A stretch of DNA of 64,000 nt from Mobula hypostoma (Eukaryota), in NCBI RefSeq assembly GCF_963921235.1, contig NC_086107.1, positions 102,984,001 through 103,048,000 of the forward strand, given 5' to 3'. The translations under genes and the position numbers were made by a program. Numbering within the stretch: position 1 is the first letter of the stretch; every line of letters starts with the position of its first letter. Positions 1 through 12,182 of this stretch are shown here, piece by piece. The notes beneath the pieces were generated by a model, which saw only the letters and a list, made by a program, of their open reading frames with translations, was not told the origin of the DNA and did not search any database.

Positions 1-2903
1 GCAGTTCAATCACACATGCCCTTTTGGAGGCCGTGCCAAATGAATTTTAGGGCAACCTGTTTTTGTGAGGCCTTTCAGCCCAGATGCGAGAGGCCACGTA
101 CGGAGTTGAAAACAGACCGTTTCCAGGTTGTGGACATGATGAGGTGAGAGCGACTGGTTGAGACATCATATAGGAGAGAAACCCCAGCTTCCCTGAACTT
201 AATGTCAGCCAACCGCAGGCCCGTAACTACGGTTTGGCAAGCCTGGACTTCTGGGTCAGTAGCTTGGTTGCCTGCATAGTCAATCCCTGCATGTATGGCC
301 TCCATGGCTGGCTGTGAGAGGTAATCGGCCACAGATTATTTTTCCCTTTGATATATTGTATATCCGTTGTGAACTAGGTTATGTAGGCCAGGTGGCGGTG
401 CTGCTATGAAGACCAAAGTTCTGATAATTTGGCTATTGCGTGCACGAGAGGTCTGTGTCCAACAAACGCTGCAAAATGGCCACTCTAGAGGAAAATGAAA
501 GTGGCGGACAGCCAGATAGGGATCGAGAAGCTCACAATCAAACGTGCTGTACTTCCTTTTTGGGGGGTACAGAGCAGCCGGCTGAAGGCGGCGAGGGGCT
601 GCCACGCACCTCTGACCAACTGTTTGTGCACAGAACCCACAGCACAGTCTGAGGCATCAGTAGTAATGGCTACGGATGTGTTGGGGAGTGGGAGCGCCAG
701 TAGGGTCCTGTTAGAAAGAGCTTGTTTAGTATCACCGAATGCCTTGGTCGTATCCACTGATCGGTCAAGCACTTCATTAGAGGCATTGCCTTTAAGTGCA
801 CTCTACAGTGGAAGCATAAGTTGAGCAGCTTGCAGAATGAAGCTTTAGTAGAAATTTATCACACCCAAAAATTCCTGTAGTTTTTTTTTGTAGTGAGGGG
901 CGGTGGACATCCATAATAGCAGCTAATTTTGCTGAGAGGGGTTTCACACCTTCTGCAGAGATGCAATGGCCGAGAAAGTCAATGGTTGATAATCAAACTG
1001 GCACTTAAGAGTTAATAATCAACCCGTGTTGGCTTAAGTGCCCGAGAAGTCTGAGATGTGTTTGGATTTGGATGCACTGGCGACAAGTATGTTATCCGGG
1101 TAAACAAAAATAAAATCTAAGTCTTTTTAATACAGAATCCATCAGCTATTAGAAAGTCAGTGCTGCCTTTTTCAGTCCAAATGACATGCACAAAAACTCA
1201 AAAGGGCCAAATGGGGTTATCACAGCTGTTTTGGGAATATCCTCCAAGCACACATGGTAGCCCCTAATTAGATCGACTTTAGAAAAAATTAACTTTTTGG
1301 CTAAACGTGCTGAAAAGTCTTGTATGTGAGGGACCAGGCAATGATCAGAGGTGGTGGCCTTGTTAAGGCATCAGTAATCATATGGGCAGCAACCACCATC
1401 GGACCTAGGGACTGTATGGAGCAGTGGAGCCAAGGGGCTATTCGACTGGCATACAATGCTGAGTCTTTCCACGATGGCAAACTCAGCCTTCTCAGTTGCC
1501 AGCTTTGCTGGGTCCAATCTACGCACATGGGCATGGACCGGCGGGCCAATTGTGGGAATGTGGCGCTCAACCCCATGTTTTGTGATTGTAGTGGAGAATG
1601 TGGGCTTGGTGAGGTTTGGGAATTCACCCAGCAGCTGAGTAAACTCACATGCGGTGGTGCACGTGCTTGACAGCGTCGTTGTGAGGAACTTGCTGGGTGG
1701 GGGAGCAGGGTAACAACCCTGACCTTGACACCCACAGCCGACAGTTCTTAAGATCGAATCCTTGGGCACAGAGGACACCTTCAACAAGCAGAGTTCTAGC
1801 CACTTCAGCCAAGACAAAATTCCATGTGTAATGTCACCCTCTCAAGCAGCATCACCCATCGTGTCCAGCAAGGCTGAATCTTGTTTCCATTGGCAGCACA
1901 CTCAGTTGAGTACTTGTGTCACTCAGGAAATGTCACCCTGAAAGGGTAGCTGTAATAAACAATGGGCGGCCCTGGCAGCTGGAACCCACAGTGTTCACAG
2001 ACCTCTGATGTCCCAATGTGCTGGCACTGTCAAAGCTGCAAGGCGGTCGTCACTTCCTAGTGTTCATACCAAAGCGAGCATGGTTAAAACACGGGCCCAG
2101 CGTAGTCTGATTTGCAGCTGTGGGTGTCCTTATGTTGGGGGCCTTGCTGGATGGACTTATTGAGGTGGAGAAAGGAGGAGAAATTATGCACCGCTGCCTA
2201 GCTGAATGTAGACCATCAGCCATTTTAGCAATCTCCTGATAGTCCATCACAGGTGCATTAGCGAAGGCTATGCAAACTTGATCAAGCTTTTAATGCATGA
2301 AGAGTTCTTTTAAAAATAAAACAAAGATGGTGATTTCCCAGAAGAGACAGCACGTGGTCCATTAGCTCTGAAGGCCTAGCAACACCAAGACCGGGTAAAG
2401 AGATCAACTGTTTGGTGCGCTCAGACTCTAACAGTCCAAAGGTCTGTAAAAGGCAAAGCAAATTTTCAGCAATTGGTATTTATCGCTTTCAGGCAGGTGT
2501 TCAAGCAGACTACCATTGCTGAGTGACACTACCACACAGTAGGTGGTCATTTCTCGCTGAGCAAATGGCCCTCACCTTGTACAAACCAAGCAACAGCATT
2601 TTGCTCCCAAAACTCCAGCAGTTTCAAAGCGACTGCATTGGCCGACATGTTGAATGACTCTGGAAATGTCCTACATCACTGGGGTCACCAATGTAGGTTT
2701 ACGCAAATAAACTGATGTGAGGCATATTATGCTTAATGAAACCAGTAACACATTTCGTTCACTCCAAAATCTAAACACAAAAATGCGCAAAAAATCTTTA
2801 CGTAGTAACATCATCACATCAGACCAGCCTCTTAAAGTGAAACCCCAACTTAATGTCGGTGGTTGTGAATTATGTACATTTCTCCCAATTATGTTAATTC
2901 ACA
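1..2903 (-). mobile_element. Decayed Gypsy/Ty3 LTR retrotransposon (5' LTR, PBS, gag, pol fragments; runs off the window start)
   Basis: Minus-strand pieces: gag start MSANAVALKL at ATG 2648-2646; RT N-terminus (RRLDPAKLATEKAEF...SNSPLAPLLHTV); degenerate RT catalytic motif DFIFVYPDNILV (~1085-1120); RNase H TTDASDCAVG...WQPLAAFSR and KRKYSTFDCELL; integrase-proximal VFNSVRGLSHLG. Many frameshifts. The outer LTR boundary (~2903) is approximate. Confidence 0.85.
2674..2690 (-). other. Primer-binding site (tRNA-Trp-like) of the Gypsy element
   Basis: Minus strand reads ...AAACCTACA-T-TGGTGACCCCAGTGATG. This is the LTR 3' end CA, one base, then TGGTGACCCC, matching the start of the tRNA-Trp PBS (TGGTGACCCCGACGTGAT), just upstream of the gag ATG. 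Confidence 0.7.
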
Positions 2904-3080
2904 TTGATGGAGAGAGAAAATATCCCAGTTAAGTTTAAAAAAAAAGTCCACTTCTGTGTACACACTGCTCTGCTCCACAGACTGACCAATTTGTACCTTG
3001 GAGACCTGTAACATTGAATCAGGTTCACGTGTCTGGCAAGTGAGACAGAAAACACTGACCACAAATAAGTATATTAATCA

Positions 3081-3086
3081 TTTATT
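3081..3086 (-). terminator. Putative PHF5A polyadenylation signal (AATAAA)
   Basis: TTTATT on the plus strand about 90 nt downstream of the PHF5A stop, followed on the minus strand by GT/T-rich sequence (TGTGGTCAGTGTTTTCTGTC). Confidence 0.55.
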
Positions 3087-3174
3087 TACAAACAGTAAAA
3101 ATTCGACCAAATATTCATGTTTCCCAAGGTACAGAAGCTACAAACGTGAAAGATTCCTTCCAGTCATTCCGGGA

Positions 3175-3264
3175 TCACCTCTTCTTAAAGCCGTACTTTT
3201 TCCTTTCGTAGAACAGATCAGTTTTTGAGCTGCCAAGATTAACAATTTTTGGACATCCATCTCT
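3175..3264 (-). CDS. PHF5A: PHF5A coding exon 4 (terminal): RDGCPKIVNLGSSKTDLFYERKKYGFKKR*
   Basis: Acceptor ...TTTTTGTCTCCTAG|AGA GAT GGA. The 90 nt encode the invariant PHF5A/SF3b14b C-terminus and end in TGA. Confidence 0.97.
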   Translation of the reverse strand, partial: RDGCPKIVNLGSSKTDLFYERKKYGFKKR

Positions 3265-3809
3265 CTAGGAGACAAAAAGAAGAGGATAAAACTGAGCAAG
3301 TCACTGTCAGTATGTAAATAGGGTCCCAATATGGAGATCTAATCACCAGTCTGTGCTGCAACAGATCGAGCAGTTAGATAGAAATTAAGAATTCTATCTA
3401 ATCACTGTGTTTTAGAATATCTTATGAGATCAGCACCAGTTCCAAATATCCTCAACCTTGTCCCTTCAGTGAAGCTAGGGTGAAGATACTCGGAACTGAG
3501 TGCTGATCTTATTAGATATTTTAAAACAGGATGATTAGATAGCTCTCTTAATTTCTCATTCAACAAACAATCAGCTGGAGGAACTTTGTAGGCTGAGCAC
3601 CAGCTGTGTGTGAGGGAGTGGGGAGGTGGGTTGTAAGGGACTGTCAGTGTTTGGGTTGAAAGCCTGCACTGGGGTCCTGACATAAAGTGAATTGTTGAAA
3701 TTTGATCCCACCCCCCACCCACCTCCAGTCCCAGATGCTGCTCGACCCACTGAGTCTTTCCAGTAGATCATTATTTGCTCCCGATTCCAACACCTGGAGT
3801 CTATATTTT

Positions 3810-4075
3810 TAAAGATTATTTATTTATACAATGCAGAACAGGCCCTTCCAGCCCTTGGAGCCCCGCTACCCAGAAACCCCAATTTAATCTGAGCCTAATC
3901 ATGACACAATATCTAATGACCAATAAAACTACCAACTGGTATGTCTTTGGACTGTGGGAGGCACTGGAGCACCCATAGTGGTCACAGAGAGAATGTATGG
4001 GGAGCGGCACGAATTCAGCCTGGGTCGCCTGCACTGTAAAGCATTGTGCTAATCATTACACTACTGTGTCGCCCC
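3810..4075 (-). mobile_element. tRNA-derived SINE (V-SINE/HE1-like)
   Basis: Minus strand has a tRNA-like head GGGGCGACACAGTAGTGTAATGATTAGCACAATGCTTTACAG, the core GGGTGCTCCAGTGCCTCCCACAGTCCAAAGAC and an AATAAAT tail. Related copies occur elsewhere in the window. Confidence 0.7.
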
Positions 4076-4235
4076 AAGTTGTTTCTCTTAATTTCTAATT
4101 AGTGGGTTCTGAATTCGCCTGGAGAGTGAACACATCTAAAATGGAAAAGAGAGATGGGTACAAGCTACCGATATCCTCTGGCCACGTTGCATTGCTTGGT
4201 GGGTAAATGACACTGGGCTGGTTAGTGCCCATATA

Positions 4236-4625
4236 CAGTACCATGCAAAAGTCTTAGGCACATGTAAACAAATTATGTAAAGCAAAGATGCTTTCTAAAA
4301 CAATGAAAAGTTTCTAAATACCAAAAAAAAACTATAAAGCGCAGTAAACAGCACAAAAACTAAATTAAATCAATATTCCGTGTGATTTCCTTTGGCCTTT
4401 AAAACAGCATCAATTCTCTTAGGTACACTGTCAAGGAGTTTTACAAGATAAGTGGTTGGTAATTTGTTCCAAGTATCTTGGAGAACTTGCCATGGTTCTG
4501 TTGCAGACTTTGGGTATCTCGCCTGCTTTTGCTTATCCAAGTAATCCCGGACAGTTGAGATCAGGGCTCAGTACTATCTGAAACCACAAAAAATCTAGAG
4601 TGCCTAAGACCTTTGCACATTACTG
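4236..4625. mobile_element. Non-autonomous Tc1/mariner-type element (MITE)
   Basis: Imperfect TIRs CAGTACCATGCAAAAGTCTTAGGCAC / GTGCCTAAGACCTTTGCACATTACTG, flanked by TA on both sides (4234-4235, 4626-4627). Confidence 0.85.
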
Positions 4626-4720
4626 TAACTGCACCTTTGTATATGTTGTTCTTGAGCGCTGTTGACTCATTGTGACCCAATGGATAGAGTAGTTGTCAAT
4701 AGGGTTCTCATGGCAAGATG

Positions 4721-7700
4721 TAGAAACATAGAAAATAGGTGCAGGAGTAGGCCATTCGGCCCTTCGAGCCTGCACCGCCATTTATTATGATCATGCCTGA
4801 TCATCCAACTCAGAACCCTGCACCAGCCTTCCCTCCATACCCCCTGATCCCCGTAGCCACAAGGGCCATATCTAACTCCCTCTTAAATATAGCCAATGAA
4901 CTGGCCTCAACTGTTTCCTGTGGCAGAGAATTCCACAGATTCACCACTCTCTGTCTGAAGAAGTTTTTCCTAATCTCAGTCCTAAAAGGCTTCCCCTTTA
5001 TCCTCAAACTGTGACCCCTCGTTCTGGACTTCCCCAACATCGGGAACAATCTTCCTGCATCTAGCCTGTCCAATCCCTTCAGGATTTTATACGTTTCAAT
5101 CAGATCCCCCCTCAATCTTCTAAATTCCAACGAGTATAAGCCCAGTTCATCCAGTCTTTCTTCATATGAAAGTCCTGCCATCCCAGGAATCAATCTGGTG
5201 AACCTTCTTTGTACTCCCTCTATGGCAAAGATGTCTTTCCTCAGATTAGGGGACCAAAACTGCACACAATACTCCAGGTGTGGTCTCACCAAGGCCTTGT
5301 ACAACTGCAGTCGTACCTCCCTGCTCCTGTACTCGAATCCTCTCGCTATAAATGCCAGCATACCATTCGCCTTTTTCACCGCCTGCTGTACCTGCATGCC
5401 CACTTTCAATGACTGGTGTATAATGACACCCAGGTCTCGTTGCACCTCCCCTTTTCCTAATCGGCCACCATTCAGATAATAATCTGTTTTCCTATTTTTG
5501 CCACCAAAGTGGATAACTTCACATTTATCCACATTAAATTGCATCTGCCATGAATTTGCCCACTCACCCAACCTATCCAAGTCACTCTGCATCCTCTTAG
5601 CATCCTCCTCACAGCTAACACTGCCTCCCAGCTTCGTGTCATCCGCAAACTTGGAGATGCTGCATTTAATTCCCTCATCCAAGTCATTAATATATATTGT
5701 AAACGACTGGGGTCCCAGCACTGAGCCTTGTGGTACCCCACTAGTCACCACCTGCCATTCTGAAAAGGTTCCGTTTATTCCCACTCTTTGCTTCCTGTCT
5801 GCTAACCAATTCTCTATCCACATCAATACCTCACCCCCAATATTTAAGTTTGCACACTAATCTCCTGTGTGGGACCTTGTCAAAAGCCTTTTGAAAATCC
5901 AAATACACCACATCCACTGGTTCTCCCCTATCCACTCTGCTAATTACATCCTCAAGAAATTCTGAGATTCGTCAGACATGATTTTCCTTTCACAAATCCA
6001 TGCTGACTTTGTCTGATGATTTCACTGCTTTCCAAATGTGCTGTTATCACATCCTTGATAACTGACTCCAGCAGTTTCTCCACCACCGACGTTAGGCTAA
6101 CCGGTCTATAATTCCCCGGTTTCTCTCTCCCTCCTTTTTCTAATCCTCAGGAACTAGTCCAGAATCTAACGAGTTTTGAAAAATTATCACTAATGCATCC
6201 ACTATTTCTTGGGCTACTTCCTTAAGCACTCTGGGATGCAGACCATCTGGCCCTGGGGATTTATCTGCCTTCAATCCCTTCAATTTACCTAACACCACTT
6301 CCCTACTAACATGTATTTCGCTCAGTTCCTCCATCTCACTGGACCCTCTGTCCCCTACTATTTCTGGAAGATTATTTATGTCCTCCTTAGTGAAGACAGA
6401 ACCAAAGTAATTATTCAATTGGTCTGCCATGTCCTTGTTCCCCATAATCAATTCACCTGTTTCTGTCTGTAGGGGACCTACATTTGTCTTTACCAGTCTT
6501 TTCCTTTTTACATATCTATAAAAGCTTTTACAGTCAGTTTTTATGTTCCCTGCCAGTTTTCTCTCATAATCTTTTTTCCCCTTCTTAATTAAGCCCTTTG
6601 TCCTCCTCTGCTGAACTCTGAATTTCTCCCAGTCCTCAGGTGAGCCACTTTTTCTGGCCAATTTGTATGCTTCTTCTTTGGAATTGATACTATCCCTAAT
6701 TTCTCTTGTCAGCCACGGGTGCACTACCTTCCTTGATTTATTCTTTTGCCAAACTGGGATGAACAATTGTTGTAGTTCATCCATGCAATCTTTAAATGCT
6801 TGCCATTGCATATCCACCGTCAATCCTTTAAGTGTCATTTGCCAGTCTATCTTAGCTAATTCACGTCTCATACCTTCAAAGTTACCCCTCTTTAAGTTCA
6901 GAACCTTTGTTTCTGAATTAACTATGTCACTCTCCATCTTAATGAAGAATTCCACCATATTATGGTCACTCTTACCCAAGGGGCCTCTCACGACAAGATT
7001 GCTAATTAACCCTTCCTCATTGCTCAAAACCCAGTCCAGAATAGCCTGCTCTCCAGTTGGTTCCTTGACATGTTGGTTCAAAAAACCATCCCGCATACAT
7101 TCCAAGAAATCCACTTCCTCAGCACCTTTACCAATTTGGTTAACCCAATCTACGTGTAGATTGAAGTCACCCATTATAACTGCTGTTCCTTTATTGCACA
7201 CATTTCTAATTTCCTGTTTAATACCATCTCCGACCTCACTACTACTGTTAGGTGGCCTGTACACAACTCCCACCAGCGTTTTCTGCCCCTTAGTGTTACG
7301 CAGCTCTACCCATATCGATTCCACATCTTTCTGGCTTATGTCCTTCCTTTCTATTGCGTTAATCTCCTCTTTAACCAGCAACGCCACCCCACCTCCTTTT
7401 CTTTCATGTCTATCCCTCCTGAAAATTGAATATCCCTGAATGTTGAGCTCCCATCCTTGGTCACCCTGGAGCCATGTCTCTGTGATCCCAACTATATCAT
7501 AATCATTAATAACAATCTGAACTTTCAATTCATCCACCTTATTATGATTGCTCCTTGCATTGACACACAAAGCCTTCAGGCGCTCTTTTACAACTCTCTT
7601 AGCCCTTATACAATTATGTTGAAAAGTGGCCCTTTTTAATGCTTGCCCTGGATTTGTCGGCCTGCCACTTTTACTTTTCTCCTTACTACCTTTTGCTTCT

Positions 7701-7864
7701 ACCCTGACTTTACACCCCTCTGTCTCTCCCCCTGTTGTGAACTAACCTCCTCTCGCCTAGCCTCTTTAATTTGATTCCCACCCCCCAACCATTCTAGTTT
7801 AAAGTCACCTCAGTCGCCCTCGCTAATCTCCCTGCCAGGATATTGGTCCCCGTAGGATTCAAGT
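4721..7864 (-). mobile_element. CR1 LINE, 5'-truncated: ORF1 C-terminus, ORF2 APE endonuclease and RT (disrupted)
   Basis: ORF 6140-7570 has endonuclease motifs (GITETWL, VYRPP, MGDFN, SDHN). ORF 4810-5826 has RT motifs (SGVPQGSVLGP, KFADDTKL, LVRPHLEYCVQFW). The ORF1 esterase tail LNPTGTNILAGRLARATEVTLN* is at ~7794-7864, and a TTTCTATG-type 3' tail is at ~4721. A stop and deletions lie between the two ORF pieces. Confidence 0.95.
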
Positions 7865-8275
7865 AGTAGATATGGAAGTAGATTGCCAGGCCTTTCTTCT
7901 GCGCAGATATGCTGCTGTCCAGGTCGGGACCATCCGCCTTGGAGTCCAGTGCCATTGTCACTACACTGCCAGCTGGCCCACCTTAGTATATACCAATTCC
8001 CTTATGAAGAGGGAAAATTATACTTTCAAAAGATGAGTAACACATACAAAATGCGAGAGGTAAGAATACATTTCAAATTTTGTGTTCATTAGAATGCACA
8101 ACTGGACTGTTCATTCAATTAGCTCCTCAAATTAAGTTCATTTTGGATTGGTACTATATGAAAACGACATTTTTGTCTGCACACCTCAGTAGATTCTACT
8201 TGCTACTGAAGAACTAGATCACAATGCTCTTAACAAATTTCATTAATTTCAGGTGAAAATTCTCTGCAAACTTAC

Positions 8276-8442
8276 ATCCTTTTCCTGGATTGTGCATTCT
8301 TTGCAGTAATAGGCATCAGAAACTCCTGGGCCACCACAGATTACACATCGTCCCTGGTAGGACCCATAATTACATTCATCACAGATACGCACCAGCGTGC
8401 ATGGTCTGACATATGAGTCACAGATCACACATTTACCATCAC
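8276..8442 (-). CDS. PHF5A: PHF5A coding exon 3: (C)[55 protein letters not shown]
   Basis: Acceptor CTTTTTCTTTTAG|GT and donor GAT|GTAAG. The 167 nt encode the invariant zinc-knot core of PHF5A/Rds3. Confidence 0.98.
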
Positions 8443-9672
8443 CTAAAAGAAAAAGCAATGAAACAGAGGTAGGATATTTCAAAAACATTCATAAGTGACG
8501 GTTAAGTTTTATGAACAATTAAACTAAAGGAAAAGTAAAAAGCTTCAGACACCAATAATACTGAGCCGCTCAAGCAACCCCTATGGACAGAAAATCAGTG
8601 AATGAACTTCCATCATGACATCAGACACAGTAGACAGTAGAAGTTTGGAATTTCTGTATTATTGACGATAATTTGGGGAGGAGACTAAGCGTTTGTTTGA
8701 AGACTAGAATTGCTGCTCGTTGAGTAACACTGGATAGTACAATAATATCAGACAGGTGAGAGGTTTTGCCCAAGTTTACTTTATTGAGGCTAGATGATGA
8801 GAAACTGGTCAACTAGTTGAAGATTTGGAGAAGTGGTGGGAAGGGGCGGTGCAGGGAAAGGATGGTTTCAGTCCCAGTTGTCTGAAACAAAGGCCGAGCA
8901 ATGAGATTAGAATAACTTCATCCAATTTTTTACCTTCTGCCCATAAGAAATAGGAGCAGGAGCTCCTCTAAGATCTACCAAAAAAAAACCTACCTCTTTG
9001 ACCGAACTTTTAATCACTCACTCTATTTCCACAGTTAGCCAGGTGTCAAATTTCCCGGAAGCAGTCAAGAAATTAATTCCAAGATTGAATTTTATTTTAG
9101 GATTGGGGAAAGGGTAGGAGTAGTGGGTGGAAGAATGCGTTGGACCTAATATTGCTACTGCGTTTAATTTGCTGAACCTGTCTCATTTAAAGCAGTCTGC
9201 TTTCATAGATGGATTTAGAACCACCCTGAAAACCAATAACTGAGTAATAAGTGATAAAGGCTGAAAAAAAAAGTAGATAAATTTCCAACTTATAGCAACT
9301 CCTACTACAAATAGGAAGATAAAATGAATGATTGGTGTTGGAAAATGCCAAGCGCCAAATCATAAAAGACTGGGAGTAGATATTAAATGCCATATCCAGT
9401 GATAGTTGACGAGGTGCCATCACACCACAGTGCACAGGTGCCTTGGGGGAAGCCGGGGCAATTCTATAATAGGATGATGAACAGAAACAAAGTTTGCCTT
9501 CTGCCATTGCTGTGTTGTGCTCAATTGTTGCTTCATTGCTATTCTACCTTCACAGAGCATTTTGCTAAGTGCATTACAGGGCAGCAGAACGGATACCCAA
9601 TTCCAAAAAAGCAAACTTGAACAAGGATAAAGCGGGGGCTAGGAAGCTTCATGTTCCTCATCATCATTAAGG

Positions 9673-9985
9673 CGGGTGGGTAGCATAGTGGTTAGCGCAT
9701 TGCTTTACAGCACTAGCTGTAAGATTGGGCTTGATTCCTGCTGCTGTCTGCAAGTTTGTACATTCTCCCCAAGACTGCGTGGGCTTCCTCTGGGTGCTCT
9801 GGTTTCCTCCCACATTCCAAAGGTGTACAGGTTAAGGTTATTAAGTTGCGGGCAGGCTATGTTGGCACTGGAGGTGTGGCAACACCTGAGGGCTGCCTAG
9901 AAAGCCTTGCTGATTTAAACTGAAGCAAATTATACATTTTACTGCAGGTTTCAATGTACTTGTGACAAATAAAGCTAATCCTTAA
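9673..9985 (+). mobile_element. tRNA-derived V-SINE-like element
   Basis: Head TAGCATAGTGGTTAGCGCATTGC, core GTTTGTACATTCTCCCC...GGGTGCTCTGGTTTCCTCCCACATTCCAAAG, and tail GTGACAAATAAAGC shared with the 60900-61170 copy. Confidence 0.75.
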
Positions 9986-11730
9986 TTTTTAATCACAAGG
10001 TCACTCTGACAGCGAAACCATCACTCAGCCTTGGCAGTTACAGCTATTTTGCTCTTCTGGACTTTTACACTTTTAGGGATAATGGATTAAGTTGTCCCAA
10101 CACAATAGTTAGGGACAGACTGCATCTTTACAGCTTTTATTTCACATTAGGAACTATTTCAGCTCCTAATGTGAAAAGGCTCCTAAAATTTGGCCAGACG
10201 ACCTGAAATCACTAATGGAAATTTCAACAAAGCAACTTGGGAAATTACAAGATGAACAACAAAGCAATAAATATTGCTAAGCTGCTAATACTAATGCATT
10301 TAAGCTGCTTGGTGAAAAGGTCATTACTAGCAAAAGTAACAAGCATATTAAAAGGAATGGTATAAAACTTTTTGGCAGCTCAGCCTGAATCTATGAAGCA
10401 AACAACACATTAAAATTTTATTTTGTGATACAAACGTTTGTATTTCAAATAGAGATAATTAATCGGACTCCACAACAGCTGACTGCCCCGTCGAGTGTTT
10501 CCCATCTTTGTGTGCTTAGAGATTTCCTGTCTCCGCTGCTTTGAAAACACTCTTAAGGTTGGTTCTAAGATTCTATATATATTTTTAAAACTCAACCCTT
10601 TAAAAAAAACTGGAAAATATGTGTTTTCATTCGATTACACTCCTTCATTTAGTCAACATGAGCCTTAAACAAAACCTCCTTTATATTTTCTTTCATTCAT
10701 CTTGAAGTCCAAGGTACACTTCTACAATGCTCTTTAATAAAATGCCTCACTATAGAAGGCCATCGTTTCACGCTTATTCAATTCAATTAAAAGAAATCTT
10801 AAATGATGTTTTTTTAATAACTCGAAGATGTCTCAAAGCACTCTTCAGTGAATGAAGTACTTCTCTAAGCATGGTTAATATTGGGAGTTTAAGCAAAAAT
10901 AACCAGTATTAGGGCTTATTTTGTACGGCCTGAAATGATGTGTTATTAAATGCGAATGAACGCTTTCCAGGTTCATTGAATGGTTCATGTTTGTTCATAA
11001 CTGGAAAATAAAATGTTTAAAACCAGAGGCAATCATCTTAAACAAATATATTACAACTGCTTTTGCTACCTTTTCTCAGTAATCCTCTTCCCTTCTCCTT
11101 CCCTCAAGTAAATATTCATTTTGATTTTACTGCCAAGACCATTCAAGGAGCACATTCCAACAGCAGGAATTTAAGAGAATACAAATCTACACATTAAAGT
11201 TGGATACAATGCACCAGTTCTTTTCTCAGGAGCCCAAACCTACAACTCTTTAGGGCCTTATGTTTTTAAGCCAGCCTCAATTTATGGGCTCTTAAAAACC
11301 CCAATGTTAACCACCACTTGAACCCAGTTTTATTTCATTCTCTACAAACTTGTCACCTTCCTGATTCCAGTGTCTTACCCTTCCCCCAACAGTTGCTTTG
11401 TTGTATTGAGAGTAACAGTCACTGGGCGTTGGGTGCAGAGTGACAGTTGGCATGTCTTTTCCAGTCTCTCACCTGCCTGATTGGACTACTGGTGCCGGGT
11501 TTTGCTTCAGGCTGAGTGCGTGCAAGCTGTACAATCATGCAAGAGCAGAAATGCCAAATGAACAGAAAAAAACAGCTTTTGGGTGACATATCTCTCCCTT
11601 TTAGGATATTCTGAAGTAAATCGCAGTCAATGAAATGCCATTGAAATATGATTAGTGTAATACAGACCAGTAAACAAGGGAATCCATTTCCATATGTCAA
11701 AGTTCCATATACAAGTGAAATAAATTACCA

Positions 11731-11835
11731 CCAGCAACACACACACAAAATGCTGGAGGAACTCAGCAGGTCAGGCAGCATCTATGGAAAAGAATAAACA
11801 GTGATGTTTCAGGCCAAGACCCTTCATCAGGCCTG
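11731..11835 (-). mobile_element. ~105-bp Penelope-derived mini-element with hammerhead ribozyme motif
   Basis: Minus strand CTGATGA-A-GGGT-CTTG-GCCT-GAAAC-ATC (~11803-11830). Flanked by ATAAATTACCA (11720-11730) and ATAAATTATCA (11836-11846). Homologous to the Penelope ends at 50034 and 60530. Confidence 0.7.
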
Positions 11836-11867
11836 ATAAATTATCAATTTTTTTTGATCATATTGAG

Positions 11868-12182
11868 TTAGAAGGCATCCGTTAGTCTTGTGAGACCATG
11901 GATCTGCACCTGGAAAGTCTTCACTCTCCAGGGCGCAGGCCTGGGCAAGGTTGTATGGAAGACAGGCAGTTGCCCATGCTACAAGTCTCCCCTCTCCACG
12001 ACACCAATGTTGTCCTAGGGAAGGGCATTAGGACCCATACAGCTTGGCACCAGTGTCATTGCAGAGCAATGTGTGATTAAGTGCCTTGGTCAAGGACACA
12101 ACACGTTGCCTCGGGTGGGGCTCGAACTCATGACCTTCAGGTCACTAGTCCAATGCCTTAACCACTTGGCCACGTGCCCACA
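11868..12182 (-). mobile_element. tRNA-headed SINE
   Basis: Minus-strand head GGGCACGTGGCCAAGTGGTTAAGGC...GTTCGAGCCCC (A and B boxes) followed by GTGTCCTTGACCAAGGCACTTAA. The same head occurs at 36302. Confidence 0.7.

Noticed and set aside
6663..7439. 258-aa plus-strand ORF (and 18683-19258)
   Set aside because: Antisense shadow frames of CR1 ORF2.
12100..12182. tRNA-like sequence (also 36230-36302 and the V-SINE heads)
   Set aside because: A and B boxes are present, but the sequence runs into SINE bodies repeated in the window and has no clean cloverleaf, so these are not tRNA genes.
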